Positions 38,678 to 52,201 of a stretch of 64,000 nucleotides of DNA are shown here, in pieces (position 1 is the first letter of the stretch; each line of letters starts with the position of its first letter). A program made the position numbers and the translations under genes. The notes under the pieces are model-generated. The model saw only the letters and a list, made by a program, of their open reading frames with translations. It did no database searches and had not been told where the DNA came from. This DNA is from Eledone cirrhosa (taxonomy: Eukaryota): positions 13,578,001-13,642,000 of the forward strand of contig OZ024753.1 of the NCBI GenBank assembly GCA_964016885.1, in the 5' to 3' direction.

Positions 38678-39442
38678 CCAAAACCACTACCGCCGCCACA
38701 ACCATAACCATCAACATCATCACCACTACTACCATAAACACACACACACACAGATACAGACACACACACATAAACATACACATAAACATACACACACACA
38801 CAAATACATACACACACACACAGATACAGACATACACACTCACACACAGACACATACACGCGCAAACACAGACACACACAGATACAGACACACACATACA
38901 CGCACACACATACACACACAAACAGAGACGCAGACACACACACACAGATACAGACACACACACGCACACACAGAGACACACATGCGCACACACAAACAGA
39001 TACAGACACACACACGCACACACACAAACAGATACATGCGCGCACACACACACACACAGATACAGACACACACACGCACACACACAGACAGATACAGACA
39101 CACAAACATACACAGACACACAGACAAACACATACACACACGTACACCACACACAGATACATACGCACACGCGCACACAGATACAAACACACACGCACAC
39201 ATATACACACACAAACACATACACACACAGACGCAGACACATACACACACAAACACACACACAAAGATACAGACACACACACGCACCCACAAACACATAC
39301 AAACAGACACACACACGTACACACACACACACAGATACAGACACACACACAACCACACACACACACAGACACACACACGTACACACACACACAGATACAG
39401 ATACACACACACACACAGATACAAACAGACACACACAGACAC
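37979..39442. repeat. (CTA)n-type trinucleotide field followed by degenerate (CA)n field
   Basis: Direct reading; source of poly-L/S/V and CV ORFs. Confidence 0.95.
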
Positions 39443-39579
39443 TATGTCTCACTCTTCTACAGTATAGGAAAAAAAGATGTCTTGTGCATATATTTCATCT
39501 ATTAAACCTTGTCAAATTACAGATTCAAAGGAAGGAGTATCAGGTATTTTATTCCAGGCAGGGACCCCCCCCCCGATCC

Positions 39580-40247
39580 TGCTGCCCCCTTCTCTCGCAA
39601 TAATACCCTACTGTTGCCCCCTTCTCTGGCAATAATACCCTACTGCTGCCCCCTTCTTTGGCAATAATACCTACTGTTGCCCCCTTCTCTAGCAATAATA
39701 CCCTACTGTTGACCCCTTCTCTGGCAATAATACCCTACTGTTGCCCCCTTCTCTGGCAATAATACCCTACTGCTGCCCCCTTCTTTGGCAATAATACCTA
39801 CTGTTGACCCCTTCTCTGGCAATAATACCTACTGTTGCCCCCTTCTCTGGCAATAATACCTACTGTTGCCCCCTTCTCTGGCAATAATACCTACTGTTGC
39901 CCCCTTCTCTGGCAATAATACCCTACTGTTGCCCCCTTATCTGGCAATAATACCTACTGTTGACCCCTTCTCTGGCAATAATACCCTACTGCTGCCCCCT
40001 TCTCTGGCAATAATACCCTACTGCTGCCCCCTTCTCTGGCAATAATACCCTACTGTTGCCCCCTTCTTTGGCAATAATACCCTACTGCTGCCCCCTTCTC
40101 TGGCAATAATACCTACTGTTGCCCCCTTCTTTGGCAATAATACCCTACTGCTGCCCCCTTCTCTGGCAATAATACCCTACTGTTGCCCCCTTCTCTGGCA
40201 ATAATACCCTACTGCTGCCCCCTTCTCTGGCAATAATACCCTACTGA
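39580..40247. repeat. 31/32-bp minisatellite, about 21 copies (CCCTACTGYTGCCCCCTTCTCTGGCAATAATA)
   Basis: Units read directly. Confidence 0.95.
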
Positions 40248-41050
40248 GAGAGTGAGCGAGAGAGGGGGTGAGTGGGTGAGAGAGAGGGGGGTGAGAGAGA
40301 GTGTGCGAGAGAGGGGGTGAGTGGGTGAGAGAGAGTGAGCGAGAGAGGGGGTGAGTGGGTGAGAGAGAGTGAGCGAGAGAGGGGGTGAGTGGGTGAGAGT
40401 GAAAGGGGTAGAGAGAGAGGGGGTGAGAGAATGAGAGAGAGAGAGGGGTGAAGGGAGAGTGAGAGTGAGAGAGGGTGAGAGAGAGAGATATAATTGGATG
40501 GCTTACATGTTGAACAAACTAACTGAGAGGGTTTAATAGAAGTATCTCCTTCTCATTGCCACCACCAACAACACCACCATCAATAACAACAACAACACCA
40601 CCACCACCACCACCACCAATAACAACAATACCTCCAACAACAACACCACTACCAACAATAACACCACCACCACCACCACCACCAATAACAACAACACCAC
40701 CACCACCACCAATAACAACAACACCACCGATAACAACACCACCACCACCACCACAAATACTACCACCAACAACAACAACACTAATATCACCAACAACAAC
40801 ACCATCAACACCACCACCAACAAAAACAACAAACCACCACTACCAACAACAACACCACCACCAACACCAACACCATCAATAACCACACCACCACTACCAC
40901 CACAAACACCACCAACAACAACAACAACAAACCACCATCAATAACAACAACACCACCACCACCAGCAACAACAACAACAACAAACCACCACTACCAACAA
41001 CACCACCACCAACAACAACACCACCACCAACAACAACACCACCACCACCT
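40248..41050. repeat. GA-rich and (CAA/CAC)n low-complexity tracts
   Basis: Direct reading. Confidence 0.9.
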
Positions 41051-41052
41051 GT

Positions 41053-41925
41053 TAACAGGGAAAGCTGTATAAATTTATATATCAAACATTTGCTAACAGG
41101 GAAAGCTGTATAAATTTATATATCAAACACTTTCTAGAAGGGAAAGCTGTATACATTTATATATCAAACATTTGCTAATAGGGAAAGCTGTATAAATTTA
41201 TATATCAAACACTTTCTAGAAGGGAAAGCTGTATAAATTTATATATCAAACATTTTCTAACAGGGAAAGCTGTATAAATTTATATATCAAACATTTGCTA
41301 ACAGGGAAAGCTGTATAAACTTATATATCAAACATTTGCTAACAGGGAAAGCTGTATAAATTTATATATCAAACACTTTCTAGAAGGGAAAGCTGTATAA
41401 ATTTATATATCAAACATTTGCTAACAGGGAAAGCTGTATAAATTTATATATCGAACATTTGCTAACAGGGAAAGCTGTATAAATTTATATATCGAACATT
41501 TGCTAACAGGGAAAGCTGTATAAATTTATATATCAAACATTTGCTAACAGGGAAAGCTATATAAATTTATATATCGAACATTTGCTAACAGGGAAAGCTG
41601 TATAAATTTATATATCGAACATTTGCTAACAGGGAAAGCTGTATAAATTTATATATCAAACACTTTCTAGAAGGGAAAGCTGTATAAATTTATATATCAA
41701 ACATTTGCTAACAAGGAAAGGTGTATAAATTTATATATCAAACATTTGCTAACAGGGAAAGCTATATAAATTTATATATCAAACACTTTCTAGAAGGGAA
41801 AGCTGTATAAATTTATATATCAAACATTTGCTAACAGGGAAAGCTGTATAAATCTATATATCAAACATTTGCTAGCAGGGAAAGCTGTATAAATTTATAT
41901 ATCAAACACTTTCTAGCAGGGAAAG
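41053..41925. repeat. 41-bp satellite, about 21 copies (TTGCTAACAGGGAAAGCTGTATAAATTTATATATCAAACAT)
   Basis: Units read directly; last unit runs into an RTE/SINE-type tail. Confidence 0.95.
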
Positions 41926-42010
41926 TGGACTTTAATGATGATCAAAGTAGAAATAAGAACATTTATAAAATGTGGAATTTCTACAGATCTTACTCCTCCC
42001 CTCTCTCTCC

Positions 42011-42080
<70 letters not shown>

Positions 42081-42303
42081 CTGTAAAAACATTGTTGTAA
42101 TTCGATTTGAGAACTCAACATACATTTTCCACATAGGAGTGACGGAGTATTTTTAGAATAAGGAAATACAAAGTTTAGATGACAAAGTCCTTTGTTGATA
42201 AGGCTGTGATACATATTTAGATGATAACAGTGGCCATGTGATTTACCGTAGAACCCACTGCTATGATCTCTTCAGACAACATTATATATATATATATATA
42301 TAT

Positions 42304-42495
42304 ATAGGAACCAGTAAGACCCCGACAGCTGAGCTCAAGCCGTTTCGACGGCTAATTCTGCCCAGAATTAGCCATCGAAACGGCTTGAGCTCAGCTGTCG
42401 GGGTCTTACTGGTTCCTATTACCCACTCTACTACCTCAAGTATTGAGTACTTTGGTGCGTTATGGTCCACCTGGTTCCTTACCACATTTCCTTCG

Positions 42496-42498
<3 letters not shown>
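42304..42498. mobile_element. Palindromic (57-bp arms) element with one-sided tail, in (TA)n; relatives at 27750-27885, 49480-49585, 53775-53877
   Basis: Inverted repeat 42304-42419; (TA)n on both sides; four related copies in window. Confidence 0.8.
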
Positions 42499-42560
<62 letters not shown>

Positions 42561-42565
<5 letters not shown>

Positions 42566-42934
42566 CATGGCTTAGTTAGAGCATTGGGCTTGCAATCGAA
42601 AGGTTGTGAGTTCAATTCTCAGACTGGGTGATGTATTGTTTCCTTGAGCAAGACACTTTATTTCATATTGCTCCAGTTTACTCAGCTGTAGAAATGAGAT
42701 GATAGGGACCCCAGTCCCTATCATTGCACTGCAAAGTGGTCATGGAGGTGCCACGGCAAAAAGCACCCAGCACTCACTGTAAAGTGGTCGTGCAGGTGCC
42801 ACGGAAAAAAAGCACCCTGCACTCGCTGTAAATGAGGTTGGTGTTAGGAAGAGCATCCAGCTGTAGAAATCAAGCCAGAATCAGTTCCCGTCCCACCCTT
42901 GCAAGCAGGGAAAAGCGGACGTAAAATGATGATT
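42561..42934 (+). mobile_element. SINE family A with internal duplication
   Basis: Matches 23092-23430. Confidence 0.88.
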
Positions 42935-42939
42935 ATATA

Positions 42940-43235
42940 TAATTGGTGTGGGATGCTTAAAGCGTCCGCATGCAGTAGGCCGTTTGAGCACTCGATGCTC
43001 TTACAGAGCAGAGTATAATATCACATAAGAAATGGAGAATAAGTGGTGTGAAGAATTAAAATTTATTAGACATATTACAATCGTTTCTCTGGCGACCAGC
43101 TCGAGGAACTCTGCTTTGAAGAATCGAGACGTATCTGAGGATCTTGCGAATTCAGAGTCAGGTTCGATCATTGCAGCGATCGTGCCTCGAGCTGGTCTCC
43201 AGAGAAACGATTGCAATATGTCTAATAAATTTTAA
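42940..43235 (+). mobile_element. Possible CRE-like non-LTR element C-terminal remnant
   Basis: LVWDA motif then ...LQRN; weak resemblance to the restriction-like endonuclease tail. Confidence 0.3.
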
Positions 43236-43266
43236 TTTGTCGCAACACTGATTCTCCGTTTCATAT

Positions 43267-43302
<36 letters not shown>

Positions 43303-43344
43303 TATGTGTATATGTATGTATATATGTATGTATATATGTATTAT

Positions 43345-43950
43345 GTATCAGGTCACCAGTTGGTGCTACTGGTAACGTATCCCAGTACAACCTGTCTCAT
43401 GGTCGGGTCGTTGGCGACTAAACTGGCAGCCCTACCAAGGTTTCTTGGTGAGGAGGGTGACTTTGGACATCCTGAAGGACTAAAAACAAAACCTGTCAAA
43501 GGGCAAAGGAGCTCTTAAGAGTCAATGGCCATCCAAAATCACCGGGAGAGATGACCCCTTAACCTTTGTCAAGGCAGAATTCTAGGAGAAGGAAAACTCT
43601 GATATAACACCTGCAACCCTGATGGTATCCAATGATGTTGACTTGTTCTTCTTTTTGGTAAATATCATCTTGGTTAAGAGAGTGGGACTGGCTTTGTGCA
43701 GTGCCTTTGCTCACTATAAAAGCTTCACGGCACAGGCATTGCCTTATATCTGGAGATCTCTCTGCACTTGTCGTCACATGGTACCATGGGCCCAGCACTA
43801 TGTGTCAATAATTGTCACAAGTGTAGTGTTTGTACCAGAGTTTTCAAGTCGCTGGCTGGACTAAAAAGTCACACTCGTTCAGCACATCGGTTGGGGTTCT
43901 CCTACATGGATATAAAGTAGTGGCCGGATTCGAAAACGAGTTGGCAGCCA
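43345..43950 (+). mobile_element. RTE-type 5' UTR-derived element (no ORF)
   Basis: 43550-43745 aligns with the 5' UTR of the RTE at 63120-63330 (CTAGGAGAAGG, GATGTTGA, GAGAGTGGGA.TGGCT, CACAGGCATTGC). Confidence 0.65.
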
Positions 43951-43999
43951 CCATATATGTAGATACATATATGTATGTGTATATATATATATATATATA

Positions 44000-44059
<60 letters not shown>

Positions 44060-44664
44060 CCAAAATACAGATCTGTATGAGCATGACATGGCCGCTGGAG
44101 CTGACCTGTCTAATACAAGGATGTTAAACGACGATGATGACATATATATATGTGTGTGTGTGTTTTACAGAAATGTTCATCATCATCACCATCATCATCG
44201 TTTAACGTCTATCTTCCACGCTAGCATGGGTTTAGACAGGAATTGTCCCACTTGAGGCAAGTTTGGTTGTCTTGCTCGTGACATGTAGTAATTCAAATGG
44301 CAAAACACACGTCATTTCATAATTTTTCCTATAATTTCGTTAAGTCATATTCTTCAAAGAGGAAACTCTCAATTATAAATAGGATTACTTGTGTACATTT
44401 CTTCTTTAAGTGTCCACTTAACTTTACTTTAGTACAAACGGATGAAAATATTCTCCAATTGTTCATTGTCTCATCAATTACCAATTTCCAGGTTTAAAAA
44501 AAATTATTTTTCTATTTATTTAGATATTATCTTAACCCTTAAGCATTTACATTACAGAGGGGTCAGTAGCTCCATTTCACTAATGACTTACTCTATGTAG
44601 ACCTGTTCAACCTTGCTAGCAGGGAAAGCAGGCGTTAAATGATGATATTCCATGGCAGTGGCCC

Positions 44665-46487
44665 TAAATAGTATTGTGTGATGGTGCCCTTTCATTACTG
44701 GTATTGTCACTGTTAGATACAGTGTGGTATCACTGTTTGATACAGTGTGGTATCACTGTTTGATATTGTGTGGTGTCACTGTTTGATACAGTGTGGTATC
44801 ACTGTTTGATATTGTGTGGTGCTGTCTTAACTAAATAGTATTGTGTGATGGTGTCCTTTCATTACTGGTATTGTCACTGTTTGATATTGTGTGGTGTCAC
44901 TGTTTGATATTGTGTGGTGTCACTGTTTGATATTGTGTGGTGCTGTCTTAACTAAATAGTATTGTGTGATGGTGCCCTTTCATTACTGGTATTGTCACTG
45001 TTAGATACAGTGTGGTATCACTGTTTGATATTGTGTGGTGTCACTGTTTGATATTGTGTGGTGCTGTCTTAACTAAATAGTATTGTGTGATGGTGTCCTT
45101 TCATTACTGGTATTGTCACTGTTTGATACAGTGTGGTGTCACTGTTTGATATTGTGTGGTGTCACTGTTTGATATTGTGTGGTGCTGTCTTAACTAAATA
45201 GTATTGTGTGATGGTGTCCTTTCATTACTGGTATTGTCACTGTTTGATACAGTGTGGTATCACTGTTTGATATTGTGTGGTGCTGTCTTAACTAAATAGT
45301 ATTGTGTGATGGTGTCCTTTCATTACTGGTATTGTCACTGTTAGATACAGTGTGGTATCACTGTTTGATATTGTGTGGTGTCACTGTTTGATATTGTGTG
45401 GTGTCACTGTTTGATATTGTGTGGTGCTGTCTTAACTAAATAGTATTGTGTGATGGTGTCCTTTCATTACTGGTATTGTCACTGTTTGATACAGTGTGGT
45501 GTCACTGTTTGATATTGTGTGGTGTCACTGTTTGATATTGTGTGGTGCTGTCTTAACTAAATAGTATTGTGTGATGGTGTCCTTTCATTACTGGTATTGT
45601 CACTGTTAGATACAGTGTGGTATCACTGTTTGATATTGTGTGGTGTCACTGTTTGATATTGTGTGGTGTCACTGTTTGATATTGTGTGGTGTCACTGTTT
45701 GATATTGTGTGGTGCTGTCTTAACTAAATAGTATTGTGTGATGGTGTCCTTTCATTACTGGTATTGTCACTGTTAGATACAGTGTGGTGTCACTGTTTGA
45801 TACAGTGTGGTGTCACTGTTAGATACAGTGTGGTATCACTGTTTGATACAGTGTGGTGTCACTGTTAGATACAGTGTGGTATCACTGTTTGATATTGTGT
45901 GGTGCTGTCTTAACTAAATAGTATTGTGTGATGGTGTCCTTTCATTACTGGTATTGTCACTGTTTGATACAGTGTGGTGTCACTGTTTGATATTGTGTGG
46001 TGCTGTCTTAACTAAATAGTATTGTGTGATGGTGTCCTTTCATTACTGGTATTGTCACTGTTGGATACAGTGTGGTGTCACTGTTTGATATTGTGTGGTG
46101 TCACTGTTTGATACAGTGTGGTGTCACTGTTTGATATTGTGTGGTGTCACTGTTTGATACAGTGTGGTGTCACTGTTTGATATTGTGTGGTGCTGTCTTA
46201 ACTAAATAGTATTGTGTGATGGTGTCCTTTCATTACTGGTATTGTCACTGTTTGATACAGTGTGGTGTCACTGTTTGATATTGTGTGGTGTCACTGTTTG
46301 ATATTGTGTGGTGCTGTCTTAACTAAATAGTATTGTGTGATGGTGTCCTTTCATTACTGGTATTGTCACTGTTAGATACAGTGTGGTATCACTGTTTGAT
46401 ATTGTGTGGTGTCACTTTGATATAGTGTGGTGTCACTGTTAGATACAGTGTGGTATCACTGTTTGATATTGTGTGGTGCTGTCTTAA
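44665..46487. repeat. Composite satellite: 52-bp block followed by 2-6 copies of a 23-bp unit (GTCACTGTTTGATATTGTGTGGT)
   Basis: Units read directly. Confidence 0.94.
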
Positions 46488-46677
46488 CCCTTTACCATTC
46501 ACATTACTCTATATATACTATTGTATTTTCGTGGTGAAGGCTTTATCTCACATAATATTGAATCTACGATTTTGATTTTATAACTTAACATCAGTATGAG
46601 TGGCCGGTTACAGCTGGTTTGAACAGAAAGTGGTGAGAGAATTCCAATCGGATACATCTGGTTTAAATGCTAAAGGG
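46488..46677 (+). mobile_element. piggyBac-like MITE, complete (190 bp)
   Basis: TTAA|CCCTTTACCATT ... AATGCTAAAGGG|TTAA. Confidence 0.85.
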
Positions 46678-46807
46678 TTAAGCTTTTACTTGTGATATTA
46701 ATTTAAATATTACTACTATATGATAACCATTTATGGAAATATGGAAAATTTCCACAAAAACGAATTTCTCTGACAAATGTTTCATCACATTGTTTTATCT
46801 TTCGCAA

Positions 46808-46996
46808 GGGCAGTGGATTGACAGTATCCGTAGAGGGTCGAACGCCATGCTTTGGAGCATAGAGTTGTGGCCCTTTACAGTCTGAGTTCAAATCCTGCTG
46901 AGGTTAACTTTGCCTTTCATCCTTACAGGGTTGATGAAATAAAGAACCAGTAATACACTGGGGTAATTGCTGGCCTTGTACCAAAAATAGAAACAA
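46808..46996 (+). mobile_element. SINE family B, full length
   Basis: Matches 55022-55205. Confidence 0.85.
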
Positions 46997-47039
46997 CTAT
47001 TTTATCTTTGTTTAGTTATAGAGTTGAAGATCGTGAAAA

Positions 47040-48136
47040 CTATGTGTGTGTGAAAGTGTGTGTATGTGTGTATGTGTATGTCTCTGTGTGTATGTATGTG
47101 TGGGCATGGTGTGAGTGTGTGTATATGTATGTGTGTGTGTATGCGTGTATGTGTGTGTTTAACCTTCAGTTATTTGATCAATGGAACAAGCCTGCACACA
47201 CACATATTGTCTGTTCTCCACACACAGGCACCATACACACGCCATACATACAATACACACACGCACACACATATATTGTCTGTTCTCCACACACATACAC
47301 ACACACACACACATATATTGTCTGTTCTCCACACACATACACACACACACATATTGTCTGTTCTCCACACACACACGCACCATACACACACACCACATAC
47401 ACATATATATATATACTCTCTCACACACACACAAACATACACATACACACATAAAAACATCCAAACGCGTACATACAAAACCACACACACATATACACAC
47501 AAAAATACTCAAGCACATATATAAACAGATACACACAAAGAACATCCAAACATATAAACACACACACACATATATATACACATGTTTTTCTCTTGTTTTT
47601 GTTGTTTGTTCCCGTCTTTTTCCTTTCATTCATCAGCGACCAGTTCTGACGATAACCATCTGTCATCTCCCTCTGCCATTCTCTCTCTCTCTCTCTGACT
47701 TCCCTTCTCTCTCTCTCTTCCTTCCTCTCACTCTGTTCCCCCCTCTCTCTCTCTGACTTCCCTTCTCTCTCTCTCTCTTCTCCCTCTTTATCTCTGTCTT
47801 CCCTCCTCTCACTCTGTTTCCCCCTCTCTCTATCTCTGTCTTCCCCTTCTCTCTCTCTCTCTGTCTTCCCCTTCTCTCTCTCTCTGTTTCCCTTCTCTCT
47901 GTCTCTGTCTTCCCCTTCTCTCTCTTTCTCTCCTTGTTTCCACCTCTCTCTATCTCTGTCGTCCCTCCTCTCACTCTGTTTCCACCTCTCTCTATCTCTG
48001 TCTTCCCCCCTCTCTCTATCTCTGTTTCCCCTCTCTCTATCTCTGTTTCGCCCGCTCACTATCTCTGTCTTCCCCTTCTCTCTATCTCTGTCTTCCCCTT
48101 CTCTCTCTCTCTGTTCCCCTCTCCCTATGCCTTCCT

Positions 48137-48167
<31 letters not shown>

Positions 48168-48495
48168 ACCTCTTCCTAAAAAGGCGAGAGGTATTTATTC
48201 TACAACAGCGATCAGTTTAGAAAGGGGACAACCGAGAGAGAGAGAGGGAAATTAGAGAGGGGTGAATCAAATAAGAGAGAGGTGGAGATTAGAGAGGGGG
48301 TGAACCAAATAAGAGAGAGGGGGGAAATTAGAGAGGGAGTGAATCAAATAAGAGAGAGCGGGGGAAATTAGAGAGGGAGTGAATCAAATAAGAGAGGGAG
48401 GGAATCAAATAAGAGACAGAGAGAGGGAAATTAGAGAGGGGGTGAATCAAATGGAAAAAGAAGAATAAAGGAAAAAAAGAAAGAAAGAAAGAAGA
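47040..48495. repeat. Mixed (TG)n, (CA)n, (CT)n and GA-rich low-complexity region with short tandem units
   Basis: Direct reading. Confidence 0.9.
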
Positions 48496-48948
48496 GATAG
48501 CGTTAGTGTGGCATGTTTAAGGAAATAAGTGCTCTGCAAATGTTTCGTTCTTTTGACAACACTTGTACTGACAGCCCAGAGAATATAGAGACAGGTAAGA
48601 GAGAGAGGGAGAGAGAGAGAGAGAGAGAGAGGGTGGGAGACGGAGAGGGACCAGTTTCACACATATCATACCAACACTTCGGCAGTATTATGGACCTTAA
48701 ATTCCTGATGGGGGTCGTAGGCGCGTCACCATTACATACGACACGTAAGGGTTTATTTTTGTAAAGAAATTTTTTTAGAACTCTACAAATCTTTGTGGCA
48801 GGTGCCATCATTTAATCGTGTAAGCAGTTCACACACACACACACACACATATATATGATAAGTAGATCCTGAGTTGAGTCGGGGGTAACTACAGTAAATA
48901 AGGTACTCAATACATGTGAAGTGAAGGCAGAGGTTTCCGTTATATTAA

Positions 48949-48991
<43 letters not shown>

Positions 48992-49391
48992 GTGCGTATC
49001 CTCACATACACATACTCGGCCTCCGGACTCCACACGCTCCCCCCCCTCTCCTCTCCATCCACATGCATACACACACACACACACTGACTTACACCCCACC
49101 CTATGTACACACTGGTTTCTCTATTACCCGAACATGGAACCTCGTTCTTCCCCAAACTCTCACATCCACCCATACACACACCATCTTCCCCCCTCCCTGC
49201 TCGGACCCCCTGTCTCCCACTCCCCTCTCCTCCTCCATCCACCCCCATCCCCCACACGCCTCACACCCTTTCACCACTTGTTTCATTTTAATTTTTTTAC
49301 CCTCTTTTTAATTTGTTTCCCTTCTCCCCCCCCCTTTAATGTCTTTCCACCATTCCCACTCACATCCTCGGAACTCTTTTTCTTCCCATTT

Positions 49392-49430
49392 TTCTCCTGA
49401 TGAAGGGCTTATGCCCGAAACGTCGCCCAC
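49392..49430 (+). ncRNA. Minimal Penelope-type hammerhead core
   Basis: CTGATGA-A-GGGC-TTAT-GCCC-GAAA-CGTC: perfect stem II, palindromic ACGT stem III, GUC triplet; stem I not evident. Confidence 0.65.
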
Positions 49431-49603
49431 CCTCTCATGCGTGAACCTAATACTATCACTTTGTACTGCACTCTTCGAAAGAAATGTGGTAAGGAACCAG
49501 GTGGACCATAACGCACCAAAGTACTCAATACTTAGAGTAGCCGTCGAAACGGCTTGAGCTCAGCCGTCGGGGTCCTACTCGTTTCTATATATATATATAT
49601 ATA

Positions 49604-49720
49604 GGCGTGTGGCTGAGTGGTTAGAGAATTGGATTCGCAATCGTAAGGTTGTGAGTTCGATTTCTGGACCAGGCGATGCGTTATGTACTTGAGCAAGACA
49701 CTTTATTTCACGTTGCTCCT
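49604..49720 (+). mobile_element. SINE family A-related 5' half
   Basis: TGGCTGAGTGG A-box, GAGTTCGATT B-box, CTTGAGCAAGACACTT core. Confidence 0.75.
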
Positions 49721-49816
49721 TCTACCTGGAGTTGCGACCGATAGATAGTATTAGCAATTGGAAAGACCAACGGAAACATTGTTCCCTCGGTCCGATTTGA
49801 CGAAAGTCGATCGTTC

Positions 49817-49854
<38 letters not shown>

Positions 49855-50603
49855 CTATATATATATATAGTATTTGAGAGAAAAATGATAAAAAGCAGAG
49901 TTGACGTCGGCGAGATTTGAACTGGGATCACCGAGAACTGAAATGAATTCGGCGACGGCAATGCATCCATCCAATCTGATGTCCTAACGACTCTACCATT
50001 TCAACGCCCGTGATAATACAACAACAACAATTATAACAACTACACTAAGTACTACTTATAATAGTACCTCCCCTTTTTTTTTTGACAGCCAGTCCGTAGA
50101 CCGGTGGATGTTGTGGACAGGTGCATGTTAGATAGATAGATAGATAGAGAGGTCAGACAAGACAATTCACATATCACACGAACAGTTAGATATCAGGGTA
50201 AAAAAAAAAAAAAAAAAAAAAAAAGAGATATTTACAACAACTAAAACTAACTGCTGCTGATAACACCTCCTCTTCTCTCTCACTAGTATTACTATTTCTA
50301 CTTTTACAGTCTTCTCCCTGTCTCACTGTGTATATATAAACTTATAACACGACTTATTACCTTCCTAGTCAGTAAGGCGTCTATTTTTTTTTCGTCTCTG
50401 TGTGTGTATGTGTATGTTTTTCAATGTCATTTTACATGTCATTACCATTAATATTATTATTTTTACTATTATTATTATTATTTTTATAAATTGCTGGCCT
50501 TGTGCCTAATTTAGAACTCATTATTATAATTATAAAGTTTACCATCACCACTACTGTCAATACCAACAACTTCGTCACTGCCCTAACTAATACACTTGGA
50601 GAG

Positions 50604-50639
<36 letters not shown>

Positions 50640-50834
50640 TATATACACTGTGAATATATATATATATATATATGTATACACACATATATACACTGGATAT
50701 ACCTTTTAGCGCGAGTCGTGGCTCTGTCTGGAGTGGGTTTATTATCTTAGGAACACAACATGTCTTGTAAGATCTGGAGACAACGAAAATACTTGACTGT
50801 TGTTTACTAGTGGAAAAATAACTTATTTGGAGAA

Positions 50835-50957
<123 letters not shown>

Positions 50958-51509
50958 GGCATATATACACACACCACTTTCTTGTGAAGTTATAATCTTC
51001 TGTGGATTTATTTGTGACAACAACATATGTAGTAAGGTCTGATTTACTACTTGGGAATACACCTTCCAGTGGAGTTATATATATATATATGGGCTGTAGA
51101 TATATATATATGTGAGGCAACATGTGTATATAGTAGGATCTAACTTTGCTGCTTAGGAAATATACCTTCTACTGGAATATATATACATACATATAGGCTG
51201 TGGATATATATATATGTGTCACAACATGTGTAGTAGCATGATCCGTAGACAACAAAACAGCAAGTTATTTACTACTGAAAATATCTAACTATCGGGGGAA
51301 AAAACCAGTGATACGAGCCAGGTAAGTTAATAATCATTATTTTTTTTTTTGTCAGTTCGTTAAAGTCCACTGAATTTTCTTTGCCCTTCTCTTTGTAAAA
51401 CTTATTCAGTGTTTATTTTAATGTTAGTAACTCGGTGACAAAGCATTACTCATTATTTAACTTAACTTTTTCTTCGGCTGGACGCGAGAAGAAGCCTATG
51501 ATTATAATA

Positions 51510-51862
51510 ATTGTTAATAATTGATTCTACTTTTGGCACAAGGCCAGCAAACACCCAGTACATTACTGGTACTCTATTTTATCTACCCCGTAAGGATGAA
51601 ATACAAAGTTAACCTTACGGGGATTTGAACTCAGATCATAAAGGGACGTATTGTTAATAATTGATTCTACTTTTGGCACAAGGCCAGCAAACACCCAGTA
51701 CATTACTGGTACTCTATTTTATCTACCCCGTAAGGATGAAATACAAAGTTAACCTTAGGGGGATTTGAACTCGGATCATAAAGGGACGTATTGTTAATAA
51801 TTGTTTCTATTTTTGGCACAAGGCCAGCAATTACTCAGTACATTACTGGTACTTTATTTTAT
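51510..51862 (-). mobile_element. Tandem amplification (about 2.5 x 140 bp) of a SINE family B fragment
   Basis: Units start ATTGTTAATAATTG at about 51510, 51650 and 51790. Confidence 0.85.
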
Positions 51863-52201
51863 AATAATTGTTAATAATGTTGTTGTTTATGGTGAGCCTT
51901 TGTTTTTAAAATCAAAGACAACTTCCAGTAATTTCCGTGAGTGAAAAATGACAATTGTTATAATTTTTTTCTCTCTAAAAATCATAAATTTTCTCACTCG
52001 AAAATGTATCTTTAGAAAATATCCATTATTTTACTTATAAGGAAGTTTTAACAAAGTCAGGTTTGGGGGGAGGGGGGTGGGGGACACTAAACTAGTTTTG
52101 CCGTCTTCCGTATATATATATATATATGACCAAAGATTAATATGGTTCATTGATTACTCAATGAATATAGATTAAAAGCACTCTACAATGTGTATTCATG
52201 T

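Noticed and set aside
37890-39467. Poly-V/S/L and CV-rich ORFs
   Set aside because: Trinucleotide and dinucleotide repeat artefacts.
48645-48811. Minus ORF MMAPATKICRVLKKFL... as an exon or Penelope linker fragment
   Set aside because: Only vague resemblance, no diagnostic motif; needs tBLASTn.
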